Assembly (NCBI GenBank): GCA_964016885.1
Contig: OZ024744.1
Span: 129,890,001-129,954,000, forward strand
Length of the DNA stretch: 64,000 bases
Reading direction: 5' to 3'
Source of the DNA: Eledone cirrhosa
Taxonomy: Eukaryota
The translations under genes were made by a program, and so were the position numbers. Below, piece after piece: positions 1-12,450 of this stretch. Under the pieces are notes generated by a model. The model saw only the letters and a list, made by a program, of their open reading frames with translations, did no database searches and was not told the origin of the DNA. How positions within the stretch are numbered: position 1 is the stretch's first letter; each line of letters opens with the position of its first letter.

Positions 1-202
1 AGGGCTAAGTTAAGTTGGGGTTAAGTAAAGTTAGGGCTAAGTTAATTTGGGGTTAAGTTAAGTTGGGGTTAAGTTAAGTTGGGTTTAAGTTAAGTTGGGG
101 TTAAGTTAAGTTGGGTTTAAATTAAGTTGGGGTTAATCTAAGTTGGGGTTAAGTTAAATTGAGGTTAAGTTAAGTTGGGGTTAATTTAAGTTGGGGTTAA
201 GC

Positions 203-3200
203 TAAGTTGGGGTTAAGTTAAATTGAGGTTAAGTTAAGTTGGGGTTAAGTTAAGTTGGGCTTAATTTAAGTTGGGGCTAAGTAAAGTTGGGGCTAAGTTA
301 AGTGGGGGTTAAGTTAAGTTAGGGTTGAGTTAAGTTGGGGTTAAGTTAACTTTGGGTTAAGTTAAGTTGGGTTTGAGTTAAGTTGGGGTTAATTAAGTTG
401 GGGTTAAGTTAAGTTGGGGTTAAGTTAAGTTGGGGTTAAGTTAAGTTGGGGTTAAGTTAAGTTGAGGTTAAGTTAAGTTGGGGTTAAGTTAAGTTGGTGT
501 TAAGTTAAGTGGGGCTAAGTTAAGTTGGGGCTAAGTTAAGTTGGGGCTTAGTTAAGTTGGGGTTAAGTTAAGTTGGGGTTAAGTTAAGGTGGGGTTTAGT
601 TAAGTTGGGGTCAACTAAAGTTGGGGTTAAGTTAAGTTGGGGTTCACTTAAGTTGGGGTTAATCTAAGTTGGGGTTAAGTTAGGTTGGGGTTTATTTAAG
701 TTGGGGTTCAGTTAATTTGGGGTTAAGTTAAGTTTGGGTTAAGTTGGGGTTAAATTAAGTTGGGGTTAAGTTAAGTTGGGGTTAAGTTACGTTGGGGTTA
801 ATTTAAGTTGGGGTTAAGTTAAGTTGCGGGTAATTTAAGTTGGGGTTAAGTTAAGTTGGGGTTAAGTTAAGTTGGGGTTAAGTTAAGTTGGAGGTAAGTT
901 AAGTTGGGGGTAAGTTAACTTGGGAGTAAGTTAAGTTGGGGTTAAGTTAAGTTGGGGTTAAGTTAAGTTGGGGTTAAGTTAAGTTAGGGTTAAGTTAAGT
1001 TGGGGTTGAGTTAAGTTGGGGTTAAGTTAAGTTGGGGTTATGTTAAGTTGGGGTTAAGTTAAATTGGGGTTAATTTAACTTTGTGGTTAAGTTAAGTTGG
1101 GGTTAAGTTAAGTTGGGGTTAAGTTAAGTTGGGGTTAATTTAAGTTGCGGATAAGTTAAGTTGAGGTTAAGTTAAGTTGGGGTTAAGTTAAGTTGGGGTT
1201 AAGTTAAGTTGGGGCTAAGTTAAGTTGGGGCTAAGTTAAGTTGGGGCTTAGTTAAGTTGGGGTTAAGTTAAGTTGGGGTTAAGTTAAGGTGGGGTTTAGT
1301 TAAGTTGGGGTCAACTAAAGTTGGGGTTAAGTTAAGTTGGGGTTTATTTAAGTTGGGGTTCAGTTAATTTGGGGTTAAGTTAAGTTTGGGTTAAGTTGGG
1401 GTTAAATTAAGTTGGGGTTAAGTTAAGTTGGTGTTAATTTAAGTTGGGGTTAAGTTAAGTTGGGGTTAAGTTAAGTTGGGGTTAAGTTGAGTTGGGGTAA
1501 AGTTAAGTTGGGGTTAAGTTAAGTTGGGGTTAATTTAAGTTGGGGTTAAGTTAAGTTGGGGTTAATTTAAGTTGGGGTTAATTTAAGTTGGGGTTAAGTT
1601 AAGTTGGGGTTAAGTTAAGTTGGGGTTAAGTTAAGTTGGGGGTAAGTTAAGTTGGGGTTAAGTTAAGTTGGGGTTAAGTTGGGGTTAAGTTAAGTTAGGG
1701 TTAACTTAAGTTGGGGTTAAGTTAAGTGGTGGTTATGTTAAGTGGTGGTTATGTTAACTTGGGGTTAAGTTAAGTTGAGGTTAAGTTAAATTGGGGTTAA
1801 GTTAAGTTGCGGTTAAGTTAAGTTGGGGTTAAGTTAAGTTGGGGTTAAGTTAATTAGGGTTAAGTTAAGTTGGGGTTAAGTTAAGTTGGGGTTAAGTTAA
1901 GTTGCGGTTAAGTTAAGTTGGCGTTAAGTTAAGTTGGGGTTAAGTTAAGTTGGGATTAAGTTAAGTTGGGGTTAAGTTAAGTTGGGGTTAAGTTAAGTTG
2001 GGGTTAAGTTAGATTGTTGTTAAGTTACGTTGGGGTTAATTTAAGTTGGGGTTAAGTTAAGTTGGGGTTAATTTAAGTTGGGGTTAAGTTAAGTCGGGGT
2101 TAAGTTGAGTTGGGGTTAGGTTAAGTTGGGGTTAAGTTAAGTTGGGGTTAAGTTAAGTTGGGGTTAAGATAAGTTGGGGTTAAGTTAAGTTGGGGTTGAG
2201 TTAAGTTGGGGTTGAGTTAATTTGGGGTTAACTTAAGTTGGGGTTAACTTAAGTCGGGATTAAGTTAAGTGGGGGTTAAGTTAAGTTGGGGTTAAATTAA
2301 GTTCGGGTTAAGTTAAGTTGGGGTTAAGTTAAGTTGGGGTTAAGTTAGGTTGGGGTTAAGTTAAGTTGGGGGTAAGTTAAGTTGGGGGTAAGTTAAGTCG
2401 GGGGTAATTTCAGTTGGGGTTAAGTTAAGTTGGGGTTGAGTTAAGTTGGGGCTAAGTTAAGTTGGGGTTATGTTAAGTTGGGGTTAATTTAAGTTGGGGT
2501 TAAGTTAAGTTGGGGTTCAATTAAGTTGCGGTTAATTTAAGTTGGGGTTAAGTTAAGTTGGGGTTAAGTTAAGTTGGGGTTAAGTTAAGTTGGGATTAAT
2601 TTAAGTTGGGGTTAAGTTAAGTTGGGGTTAAGTTAAGTTGGGGTTAAATTAAGTTGGGGTTAAGTTAAGTTGGGGTTAAGTTAAGTTGGGGTTAAGTTAA
2701 GTTGGGGTTAAGTTAATTTGTGGTTAAGTTAAGTTGGGGTTAAGTTAAGTTGGGGTTAAGTTCAGTCGGGGTTAAGTTAAGTCGGGGTTAAGTTAAGTTG
2801 GGGTTGAGTTAAGTTGGGGTTAAGTTAAGTTGGGGTTAAGATAAGTTGGGGTTAAGTTAAGTTGGGGTTGAGTTAAGTTGGGGTTGAGTTAATTTGGGGT
2901 TAAGTTAAGTTGGAGTTAACTTAAGTTGGGTTTAAGTTAAGTTGGGGTTAAGTTAAGTTGGGGTTAAATTAAGTTGGGGTTAAGTTAAGTTGGGGGTAAG
3001 ATAAGTTGGTGTTAGTTAAGTTGCGGTTAAGTTAAGTTGGGGTTAAGTTAAGTTGGGGTTAAGTTAAGTTGGGGTAAAGTTAAGTTGGGGGTAAGTTAAG
3101 TTGGGGGTAAGTTAAGTTGGGGGTAAGTTAAGTTGGGGTTAATTTAAGTTAGGTCTAATTAAGTTGGGGTTAAGTTAAGTTGGGGTTAAATTAAGTTGGG

Positions 3201-6200
3201 GTTAAGTTAAGTTGGAGTTAAGTTAAGTTGGGGTTAAGTTAAGTTGCGGTTAAGTTAAGTTGAGGTTAAGTTAAGTAGGGGTTAAATTATGTTGGGGTTA
3301 AGTTAAGTTCGGGTTAAGTTAAGTTGGGGTTAAGTTGAGTTGGGGATAAGTTAAGTTGGGGATAAATTAAGTTGGGGTTAAGTTAAGTTGGGTTTAAGTT
3401 AAGTTTGGGTTAAGTTAAGTTGGGGTTAAGTTAAGTTGGGGTTAAGTTAAGTTGGTTAGTTAAGTTGAGTTTAAGTTAAGTTGGGGTTAATTTAAGTTGG
3501 GGTTAAGTTAAGTTGGGGTTAAGTTAAGTTGGGGTTAAGTTAAGTTGGGGTTAAGTTAAGTTGCGGTTAAGTTAAGTTGAGGTTAATTTAAGTTGGGGTT
3601 AAGTTAAGTTGGGGCTAAGTTAAGTTGGGGCTAAGTTAAGTTGGGGCTAAGTTAAGTTGGGGTTAAGTTAACTTTGGGTTAAGTTAATTTGGGTTTGAGT
3701 TAAGTTGGGGTTAATTAAGTTGGGGTTAAGTTAAGTTGGGGTTAAGTTAAGTTGGGGTTAAGTTAAGTTGCGGTTAATTTAAGTTGATGTTAAGTTAAGT
3801 TGATGTTAAGTTAAGTTGGGGTTAAGTTAAGTCGGGGTTAAGTTAAGGTGGGGTTAAGTTAAGTTGGGGTCAACTAAAGTTGGGGTTAAGTTAAGTTGGG
3901 GTTAACTTAAGTTGGGGTTAAGTTAAGTTGGGGTTAAGTTGGGGTTAAATTAAGTTGGGGTTAAGTTAAGTTGGGGTTAAGTTAAATGGGGTTAAGTTAA
4001 GTTGCGGGTAATTTAAGTTGGGGTTAAGTTAAGTTGGGGTTAAGTTAAGTTGGGGGTAAGTTAAGTTGGGGGTAAGTTAAGTTGGGGGTAAGTTAAGTTG
4101 GGGTTAAGTTAAGTTGGGGTTAAGTTAAGTTGGGGTTAAGTTAAGTTAGGGTTAAGTTAAGTTGGGGTTGAATTAAGTTGGGGTTAAGTTAAGTTGGGGT
4201 TATGTTAAGTTGGGGTTAAGTTAAGTTGGGGTTAAGTTAAGTTGGGGTTAAGTTAGGTTGGGGTTAAGTTATGTTGGGGGTAAGTTAAGTTGGGGGTAAG
4301 TTAAGTTGGGGGTAAGTTAAGTTGAGTCTAATTAAGTTGGGGTTAAGTTAAGTTGGGGTTAAGTTAAGTTGGGGTTAAGTTAAGTTGGGGTTAAGTTAAG
4401 TTGGGGTTAGGTTAAGTTGGGGCTAAGTTAAGTTGGGGTTAAGTTAAGTTGGGGTTACGTTAAGTTGGGGGTAAGTTAAGTTGGTGGTAAGTTAAGTTGG
4501 GGGTAAGTTAAGATGGGGTTAATTTAAGTTGGGGTTAATTTAATTTGGGGTTAAGTTAAGTTGGGGTTAAGTTAAGTTGGGGTTAAGTTAAGTTGGAGTT
4601 AAGTTAAGTTGGGGGTAAGTTAAGTTGGGGTTAAGTTAAGTTGGGGTTAAGATAAGTTGGGGTTAAGTTAAATTGAGGTTAAGTTAAGTTGGGGTTAAGT
4701 TAAGTTGGGCTTAATTTAAGTTGGGGCTAAGTAAAGTTGGGGCTAAGTTAAGTGGGGGTTAAGTTAAGTTAGGGTTGAGTTAAGTTGGGGTTAAGTTAAC
4801 TTTGGGTTAAGTTAAGTTGGGTTTGAGTTAAGTTGGGGTTAATTAAGTTGGGGTTAAGTTAAGTTGGGGTTAAGTTAAGTTGGGGTTAAGTTAAGTTGGG
4901 GTTAAGTTAAGTTGAGGTTAAGTTAAGTTGGGGTTAAGTTAAGTTGGGGTTAAGTTAAGTGGGGCTAAGTTAAGTTGGGGCTAAGTTAAGTTGGGGCTTA
5001 GTTAAGTTGGGGTTAAGTTAAGTTGGGGTTAAGTTAAGGTGGGGTTTAGTTAAGTTGGGGTCAACTAAAGTTGGGGTTAAGTTAAGTTGGGGTTCACTTA
5101 AGTTGGGGTTAATCTAAGTTGGGGTTAAGTTAGGTTGGGGTTTATTTAAGTTGGGGTTCAGTTAATTTGGGGTTAAGTTAAGTTTGGGTTAAGTTGGGGT
5201 TAAATTAAGTTGGGGTTAAGTTAAGTTGGGGTTAAGTTACGTTGGGGTTAATTTAAGTTGGGGTTAAGTTAAGTTGCGGGTAATTTAAGTTGGGGTTAAG
5301 TTAAGTTGGGGTTAAGTTAAGTTGGGGTTAAGTTAAGTTGGAGGTAAGTTAAGTTGGGGGTAAGTTAACTTGGGAGTAAGTTAAGTTGGGGTTAAGTTAA
5401 GTTGGGGTTAAGTTAAGTTGGGGTTAAGTTAAGTTAGGGTTAAGTTAAGTTGGGGTTGAGTTAAGTTGGGGTTAAGTTAAGTTGGGGTTATGTTAAGTTG
5501 GGGTTAAGTTAAATTGGGGTTAATTTAACTTTGTGGTTAAGTTAAGTTGGGGTTAAGTTAAGTTGGGGTTAAGTTAAGTTGGGGTTAATTTAAGTTGCGG
5601 ATAAGTTAAGTTGAGGTTAAGTTAAGTTGGGGTTAAGTTAAGTTGGGGTTAAGTTAAGTTGGGGCTAAGTTAAGTTGGGGCTAAGTTAAGTTGGGGCTTA
5701 GTTAAGTTGGGGTTAAGTTAAGTTGGGGTTAAGTTAAGGTGGGGTTTAGTTAAGTTGGGGTCAACTAAAGTTGGGGTTAAGTTAAGTTGGGGTTTATTTA
5801 AGTTGGGGTTCAGTTAATTTGGGGTTAAGTTAAGTTTGGGTTAAGTTGGGGTTAAATTAAGTTGGGGTTAAGTTAAGTTGGTGTTAATTTAAGTTGGGGT
5901 TAAGTTAAGTTGGGGTTAAGTTAAGTTGGGGTTAAGTTGAGTTGGGGTAAAGTTAAGTTGGGGTTAAGTTAAGTTGGGGTTAATTTAAGTTGGGGTTAAG
6001 TTAAGTTGGGGTTAATTTAAGTTGGGGTTAATTTAAGTTGGGGTTAAGTTAAGTTGGGGTTAAGTTAAGTTGGGGTTAAGTTAAGTTGGGGGTAAGTTAA
6101 GTTGGGGTTAAGTTAAGTTGGGGTTAAGTTGGGGTTAAGTTAAGTTAGGGTTAACTTAAGTTGGGGTTAAGTTAAGTGGTGGTTATGTTAAGTGGTGGTT

Positions 6201-9121
6201 ATGTTAACTTGGGGTTAAGTTAAGTTGAGGTTAAGTTAAATTGGGGTTAAGTTAAGTTGCGGTTAAGTTAAGTTGGGGTTAAGTTAAGTTGGGGTTAAGT
6301 TAATTAGGGTTAAGTTAAGTTGGGGTTAAGTTAAGTTGGGGTTAAGTTAAGTTGCGGTTAAGTTAAGTTGGCGTTAAGTTAAGTTGGGGTTAAGTTAAGT
6401 TGGGATTAAGTTAAGTTGGGGTTAAGTTAAGTTGGGGTTAAGTTAAGTTGGGGTTAAGTTAGATTGTTGTTAAGTTACGTTGGGGTTAATTTAAGTTGGG
6501 GTTAAGTTAAGTTGGGGTTAATTTAAGTTGGGGTTAAGTTAAGTCGGGGTTAAGTTGAGTTGGGGTTAGGTTAAGTTGGGGTTAAGTTAAGTTGGGGTTA
6601 AGTTAAGTTGGGGTTAAGATAAGTTGGGGTTAAGTTAAGTTGGGGTTGAGTTAAGTTGGGGTTGAGTTAATTTGGGGTTAACTTAAGTTGGGGTTAACTT
6701 AAGTCGGGATTAAGTTAAGTGGGGGTTAAGTTAAGTTGGGGTTAAATTAAGTTCGGGTTAAGTTAAGTTGGGGTTAAGTTAAGTTGGGGTTAAGTTAGGT
6801 TGGGGTTAAGTTAAGTTGGGGGTAAGTTAAGTTGGGGGTAAGTTAAGTCGGGGGTAATTTCAGTTGGGGTTAAGTTAAGTTGGGGTTGAGTTAAGTTGGG
6901 GCTAAGTTAAGTTGGGGTTATGTTAAGTTGGGGTTAATTTAAGTTGGGGTTAAGTTAAGTTGGGGTTCAATTAAGTTGCGGTTAATTTAAGTTGGGGTTA
7001 AGTTAAGTTGGGGTTAAGTTAAGTTGGGGTTAAGTTAAGTTGGGATTAATTTAAGTTGGGGTTAAGTTAAGTTGGGGTTAAGTTAAGTTGGGGTTAAATT
7101 AAGTTGGGGTTAAGTTAAGTTGGGGTTAAGTTAAGTTGGGGTTAAGTTAAGTTGGGGTTAAGTTAATTTGTGGTTAAGTTAAGTTGGGGTTAAGTTAAGT
7201 TGGGGTTAAGTTCAGTCGGGGTTAAGTTAAGTCGGGGTTAAGTTAAGTTGGGGTTGAGTTAAGTTGGGGTTAAGTTAAGTTGGGGTTAAGATAAGTTGGG
7301 GTTAAGTTAAGTTGGGGTTGAGTTAAGTTGGGGTTGAGTTAATTTGGGGTTAAGTTAAGTTGGAGTTAACTTAAGTTGGGTTTAAGTTAAGTTGGGGTTA
7401 AGTTAAGTTGGGGTTAAATTAAGTTGGGGTTAAGTTAAGTTGGGGGTAAGATAAGTTGGTGTTAGTTAAGTTGCGGTTAAGTTAAGTTGGGGTTAAGTTA
7501 AGTTGGGGTTAAGTTAAGTTGGGGTAAAGTTAAGTTGGGGGTAAGTTAAGTTGGGGGTAAGTTAAGTTGGGGGTAAGTTAAGTTGGGGTTAATTTAAGTT
7601 AGGTCTAATTAAGTTGGGGTTAAGTTAAGTTGGGGTTAAATTAAGTTGGGGTTAAGTTAAGTTGGAGTTAAGTTAAGTTGGGGTTAAGTTAAGTTGCGGT
7701 TAAGTTAAGTTGAGGTTAAGTTAAGTAGGGGTTAAATTATGTTGGGGTTAAGTTAAGTTCGGGTTAAGTTAAGTTGGGGTTAAGTTGAGTTGGGGATAAG
7801 TTAAGTTGGGGATAAATTAAGTTGGGGTTAAGTTAAGTTGGGTTTAAGTTAAGTTTGGGTTAAGTTAAGTTGGGGTTAAGTTAAGTTGGGGTTAAGTTAA
7901 GTTGGTTAGTTAAGTTGAGTTTAAGTTAAGTTGGGGTTAATTTAAGTTGGGGTTAAGTTAAGTTGGGGTTAAGTTAAGTTGGGGTTAAGTTAAGTTGGGG
8001 TTAAGTTAAGTTGCGGTTAAGTTAAGTTGAGGTTAAGTTAAGTTGGGGTTAAGTTAAGTTGGGGCTAAGTTAAGTTGGGGCTAAGTTAAGTTGGGGCTAA
8101 GTTAAGTTGGGGTTAAGTTAACTTTGGGTTAAGTTAATTTGGGTTTGAGTTAAGTTGGGGTTAATTAAGTTGGGGTTAAGTTAAGTTGGGGTTAAGTTAA
8201 GTTGGGGTTAAGTTAAGTTGCGGTTAATTTAAGTTGATGTTAAGTTAAGTTGATGTTAAGTTAAGTTGGGGTTAAGTTAAGTCGGGGTTAAGTTAAGGTG
8301 GGGTTAAGTTAAGTTGGGGTCAACTAAAGTTGGGGTTAAGTTAAGTTGGGGTTAACTTAAGTTGGGGTTAAGTTAAGTTGGGGTTAAGTTGGGGTTAAAT
8401 TAAGTTGGGGTTAAGTTAAGTTGGGGTTAAGTTAAATGGGGTTAAGTTAAGTTGCGGGTAATTTAAGTTGGGGTTAAGTTAAGTTGGGGTTAAGTTAAGT
8501 TGGGGGTAAGTTAAGTTGGGGGTAAGTTAAGTTGGGGGTAAGTTAAGTTGGGGTTAAGTTAAGTTGGGGTTAAGTTAAGTTGGGGTTAAGTTAAGTTAGG
8601 GTTAAGTTAAGTTGGGGTTGAATTAAGTTGGGGTTAAGTTAAGTTGGGGTTATGTTAAGTTGGGGTTAAGTTAAGTTGGGGTTAAGTTAAGTTGGGGTTA
8701 AGTTAGGTTGGGGTTAAGTTATGTTGGGGGTAAGTTAAGTTGGGGGTAAGTTAAGTTGGGGGTAAGTTAAGTTGAGTCTAATTAAGTTGGGGTTAAGTTA
8801 AGTTGGGGTTAAGTTAAGTTGGGGTTAAGTTAAGTTGGGGTTAAGTTAAGTTGGGGTTAGGTTAAGTTGGGGCTAAGTTAAGTTGGGGTTAAGTTAAGTT
8901 GGGGTTACGTTAAGTTGGGGGTAAGTTAAGTTGGTGGTAAGTTAAGTTGGGGGTAAGTTAAGATGGGGTTAATTTAAGTTGGGGTTAATTTAATTTGGGG
9001 TTAAGTTAAGTTGGGGTTAAGTTAAGTTGGGGTTAAGTTAAGTTGGAGTTAAGTTAAGTTGGGGGTAAGTTAAGTTGGGGTTAAGTTAAGTTGGGGTTAA
9101 GATAAGTTGGGGTTAAGTTAA
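203..9121 (+). repeat. Tandem block duplication, period 4,450 bp (copy 1 ~203-4,652, copy 2 ~4,653-9,121)
   Basis: Landmarks at constant offset 4,450: aattgagg 221/4,671; tcaactaaag 611/5,061 and 1,311/5,761; ttgtgg 1,081/5,531; agattgttgt 2,011/6,461; gataag 4,651/9,101. A few differences were seen (ggtg vs gggg at ~498/4,948; aattt vs aagtt at ~3,587/8,037). Confidence 0.93.
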
Positions 9122-12100
9122 GTTGGGGTTGAGCTAAGTTGGGGTTGAGTTAATTTGGGGTTAAGTTAAGTTGGGGTTAAGTTAAGTTGGGTTTAAGTTA
9201 AGTTGGGGTTAAGTTAAGTTGGGGTTAAATTAAGTTGGGGTTAAGCTAAGTTGGAGTTAAGTTAAATTGAGGTTAAGTTAAGTTGGGGTTAATTTAAGTT
9301 GGGGTTAAGCTAAGTAGGGGTTAAGTTAAATTGAGGTTAAGTTAAGTTGGGGTGAAGTTAAGTTGGGGTTAATTTAAGTTGGGGCTAAGTAAAGTTGGGG
9401 CTAAGTTAAGTGGGGGTTAAGTTAAGTTAGGGTTGAGTTAAGTTGGGGTTAAGTTAACTTTGGGTTAAGTTAAGTTGGGTTTGAATTAAGTTGGGGTTAA
9501 TTAAGTTGGGGTTAAGTTAAGTTGGGGTTAAGTTAAGTTGGGGTTAAGATAAGTTGGGGTTAAGTTAAGTTGGGGTTGAGTTAAGTTGGGATGAGTTAAT
9601 TTGGGGTTAACTTAAGTTGGGGTTAACTTAAGTCGGGATTAAGTTAAGTGGGGGTTAAGTTAAGTTGGGGTTAAATTAAGTTCGGGTTAAGTTAAGTTGG
9701 GGTTAAGTTAAGTTGGGGTTAAGTTAGGTTGGGGTTAAGTTAAGTTGGGGGTAAGTTAAGTTGGGGGTAAGTTAAGTCGGGGGTAATTTCAGTTGGGGTT
9801 AAGTTAAGTTGGGGTTGAGTTAAGTTGGGGCTAAGTTAAGTTGGGGTTATGTTAAGTTGGGGTTAATTTAAGTTGGGGTTAAGTTAAGTTGGGGTTCAAT
9901 TAAGTTGCGGTTAATTTAAGTTGGGGTTAAGTTAAGTTGGGGTTAAGTTAAGTTGGGGTTAAGTTAAGTTGGGATTAATTTAAGTTGGGGTTAAGTTAAG
10001 TTGGGGTTAAGTTAAGTTGGGGTTAAATTAAGTTGGGGTTAAGTTAAGTTGGGGTTAAGTTAAGTTGGGGTTAAGTTAAGTTGGGGTTAAGTTAATTTGT
10101 GGTTAAGTTAAGTTGGGGTTAAGTTAAGTTGGGGTTAAGTTCAGTCGGGGTTAAGTTAAGTCGGGGTTAAGTTAAGTTGGGGTTGAGTTAAGTTGGGGTT
10201 AAGTTAAGTTGGGGTTAAGATAAGTTGGGGTTAAGTTAAGTTGGGGTTGAGTTAAGTTGGGGTTGAGTTAATTTGGGGTTAAGTTAAGTTGGAGTTAACT
10301 TAAGTTGGGTTTAAGTTAAGTTGGGGTTAAGTTAAGTTGGGGTAAAATTAAGTTGGGGTTAAGTTAAGTTGGGGGTAAGATAAGTTGGTGTTAGTTAAGT
10401 TGCGGTTAAGTTAAGTTGGGGTTAAGTTAAGTTGGGGTTAAGTTAAGTTGGGGTAAAGTTAAGTTGGGGGTAAGTTAAGTTGGGGGTAAGTTAAGTTGGG
10501 GGTAAGTTAAGTTGGGGTTAATTTAAGTTAGGTCTAATTAAGTTGGGGTTAAGTTAAGTTGGGGTTAAATTAAGTTGGGGTTAAGTTAAGTTGGAGTTAA
10601 GTTAAGTTGGGGTTAAGTTAAGTTGCGGTTAAGTTAAGTTGAGGTTAAGTTAAGTAGGGGTTAAATTATGTTGGGGTTAAGTTAAGTTCGGGTTAAGTTA
10701 AGTTGGGGTTAAGTTGAGTTGGGGATAAGTTAAGTTGGGGATAAATTAAGTTGGGGTTAAGTTAAGTTGGGTTTAAGTTAAGTTTGGGTTAAGTTAAGTT
10801 GGGGTTAAGTTAAGTTGGGGTTAAGTTAAGTTGGTTAGTTAAGTTGAGTTTAAGTTAAGTTGGGGTTAATTTAAGTTGGGGTTAAGTTAAGTTGGGGTTA
10901 AGTTAAGTTGGGGTTAAGTTAAGTTGGGGTTAAGTTAAGTTGCGGTTAAGTTAAGTTGAGGTTAAGTTAAGTTGGGGTTAAGTTAAGTTGGGGCTAAGTT
11001 AAGTTGGGGCTAAGTTAAGTTGGGGCTAAGTTAAGTTGGGGTTAAGTTAACTTTGGGTTAAGTTAATTTGGGTTTGAGTTAAGTTGGGGTTAATTAAGTT
11101 GGGGTTAAGTTAAGTTGGGGTTAAGTTAAGTTGGGGTTAAGTTAAGTTGCGGTTAATTTAAGTTGATGTTAAGTTAAGTTGATGTTAAGTTAAGTTGGGG
11201 TTAAGTTAAGTCGGGGTTAAGTTAAGGTGGGGTTAAGTTAAGTTGGGGTCAACTAAAGTTGGGGTTAAGTTAAGTTGGGGTTAACTTAAGTTGGGGTTAA
11301 GTTAAGTTGGGGTTAAGTTGGGGTTAAATTAAGTTGGGGTTAAGTTAAGTTGGGGTTAAGTTAAATGGGGTTAAGTTAAGTTGCGGGTAATTTAAGTTGG
11401 GGTTAAGTTAAGTTGGGGTTAAGTTAAGTTGGGGGTAAGTTAAGTTGGGGGTAAGTTAAGTTGGGGGTAAGTTAAGTTGGGGTTAAGTTAAGTTGGGGTT
11501 AAGTTAAGTTGGGGTTAAGTTAAGTTAGGGTTAAGTTAAGTTGGGGTTGAATTAAGTTGGGGTTAAGTTAAGTTGGGGTTATGTTAAGTTGGGGTTAAGT
11601 TAAGTTGGGGTTAAGTTAAGTTGGGGTTAAGTTAGGTTGGGGTTAAGTTATGTTGGGGGTAAGTTAAGTTGGGGGTAAGTTAAGTTGGGGGTAAGTTAAG
11701 TTGAGTCTAATTAAGTTGGGGTTAAGTTAAGTTGGGGTTAAGTTAAGTTGGGGTTAAGTTAAGTTGGGGTTAAGTTAAGTTGGGGTTAGGTTAAGTTGGG
11801 GCTAAGTTAAGTTGGGGTTAAGTTAAGTTGGGGTTACGTTAAGTTGGGGGTAAGTTAAGTTGGTGGTAAGTTAAGTTGGGGGTAAGTTAAGATGGGGTTA
11901 ATTTAAGTTGGGGTTAATTTAATTTGGGGTTAAGTTAAGTTGGGGTTAAGTTAAGTTGGGGTTAAGTTAAGTTGGAGTTAAGTTAAGTTGGGGGTAAGTT
12001 AAGTTGGGGTTAAGTTAAGTTGGGGTTAAGATAAGTTGGGGTTAAGTTAAGTTGGGGTTGAGCTAAGTTGGGGTTGAGTTAATTTGGGGTTAAGTTAAGT

Positions 12101-12450
12101 TGGGGTTAAGTTAAGTTGGGTTTAAGTTAAGTTGGGGTTAAGTTAAGTTGGGGTTAAATTAAGTTGGGGTTAAGCTAAGTTGGAGTTAAGTTAAATTGAG
12201 GTTAAGTTAAGTTGGGGTTAATTTAAGTTGGGGTTAAGCTAAGTTGGGGTTAAGTTAAATTGAGGTTAAGTTAAGTTGGGGTGAAGTTAAGTTGGGGTTA
12301 ATTTAAGTTGGGGCTAAGTAAAGTTGGGGCTAAGTTAAGTGGGGGTTAAGTTAAGTTAGGGTTGAGTTAAGTTGGGGTTAAGTTAACTTTGGGTTAAGTT
12401 AAGTTGGGTTTGAATTAAGTTGGGGTTAATTAAGTTGGGGTTAAGTTAAG
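6590..12450 (+). repeat. Tandem block duplication, period ~2,929 bp (copy 1 ~6,590-9,520, copy 2 ~9,520-12,450), overlapping the 4,450-bp duplication
   Basis: gggttaagat at 6,611/9,541 (offset 2,930), followed by a 1-bp deletion near 9,590. After that gagctaag falls at 9,131/12,060 (offset 2,929), with the same ordered variants (gatg x2, gagtcta, ggtgg, gatgggg) in both copies. Confidence 0.9.

Noticed and set aside
31-1862. TTAGGG hexamers (e.g. ~32, ~319, ~984, ~1,695, ~1,854) suggesting a vertebrate or fungal telomere
   Set aside because: They are isolated single-base variants of TTGGGG and never occur in tandem.
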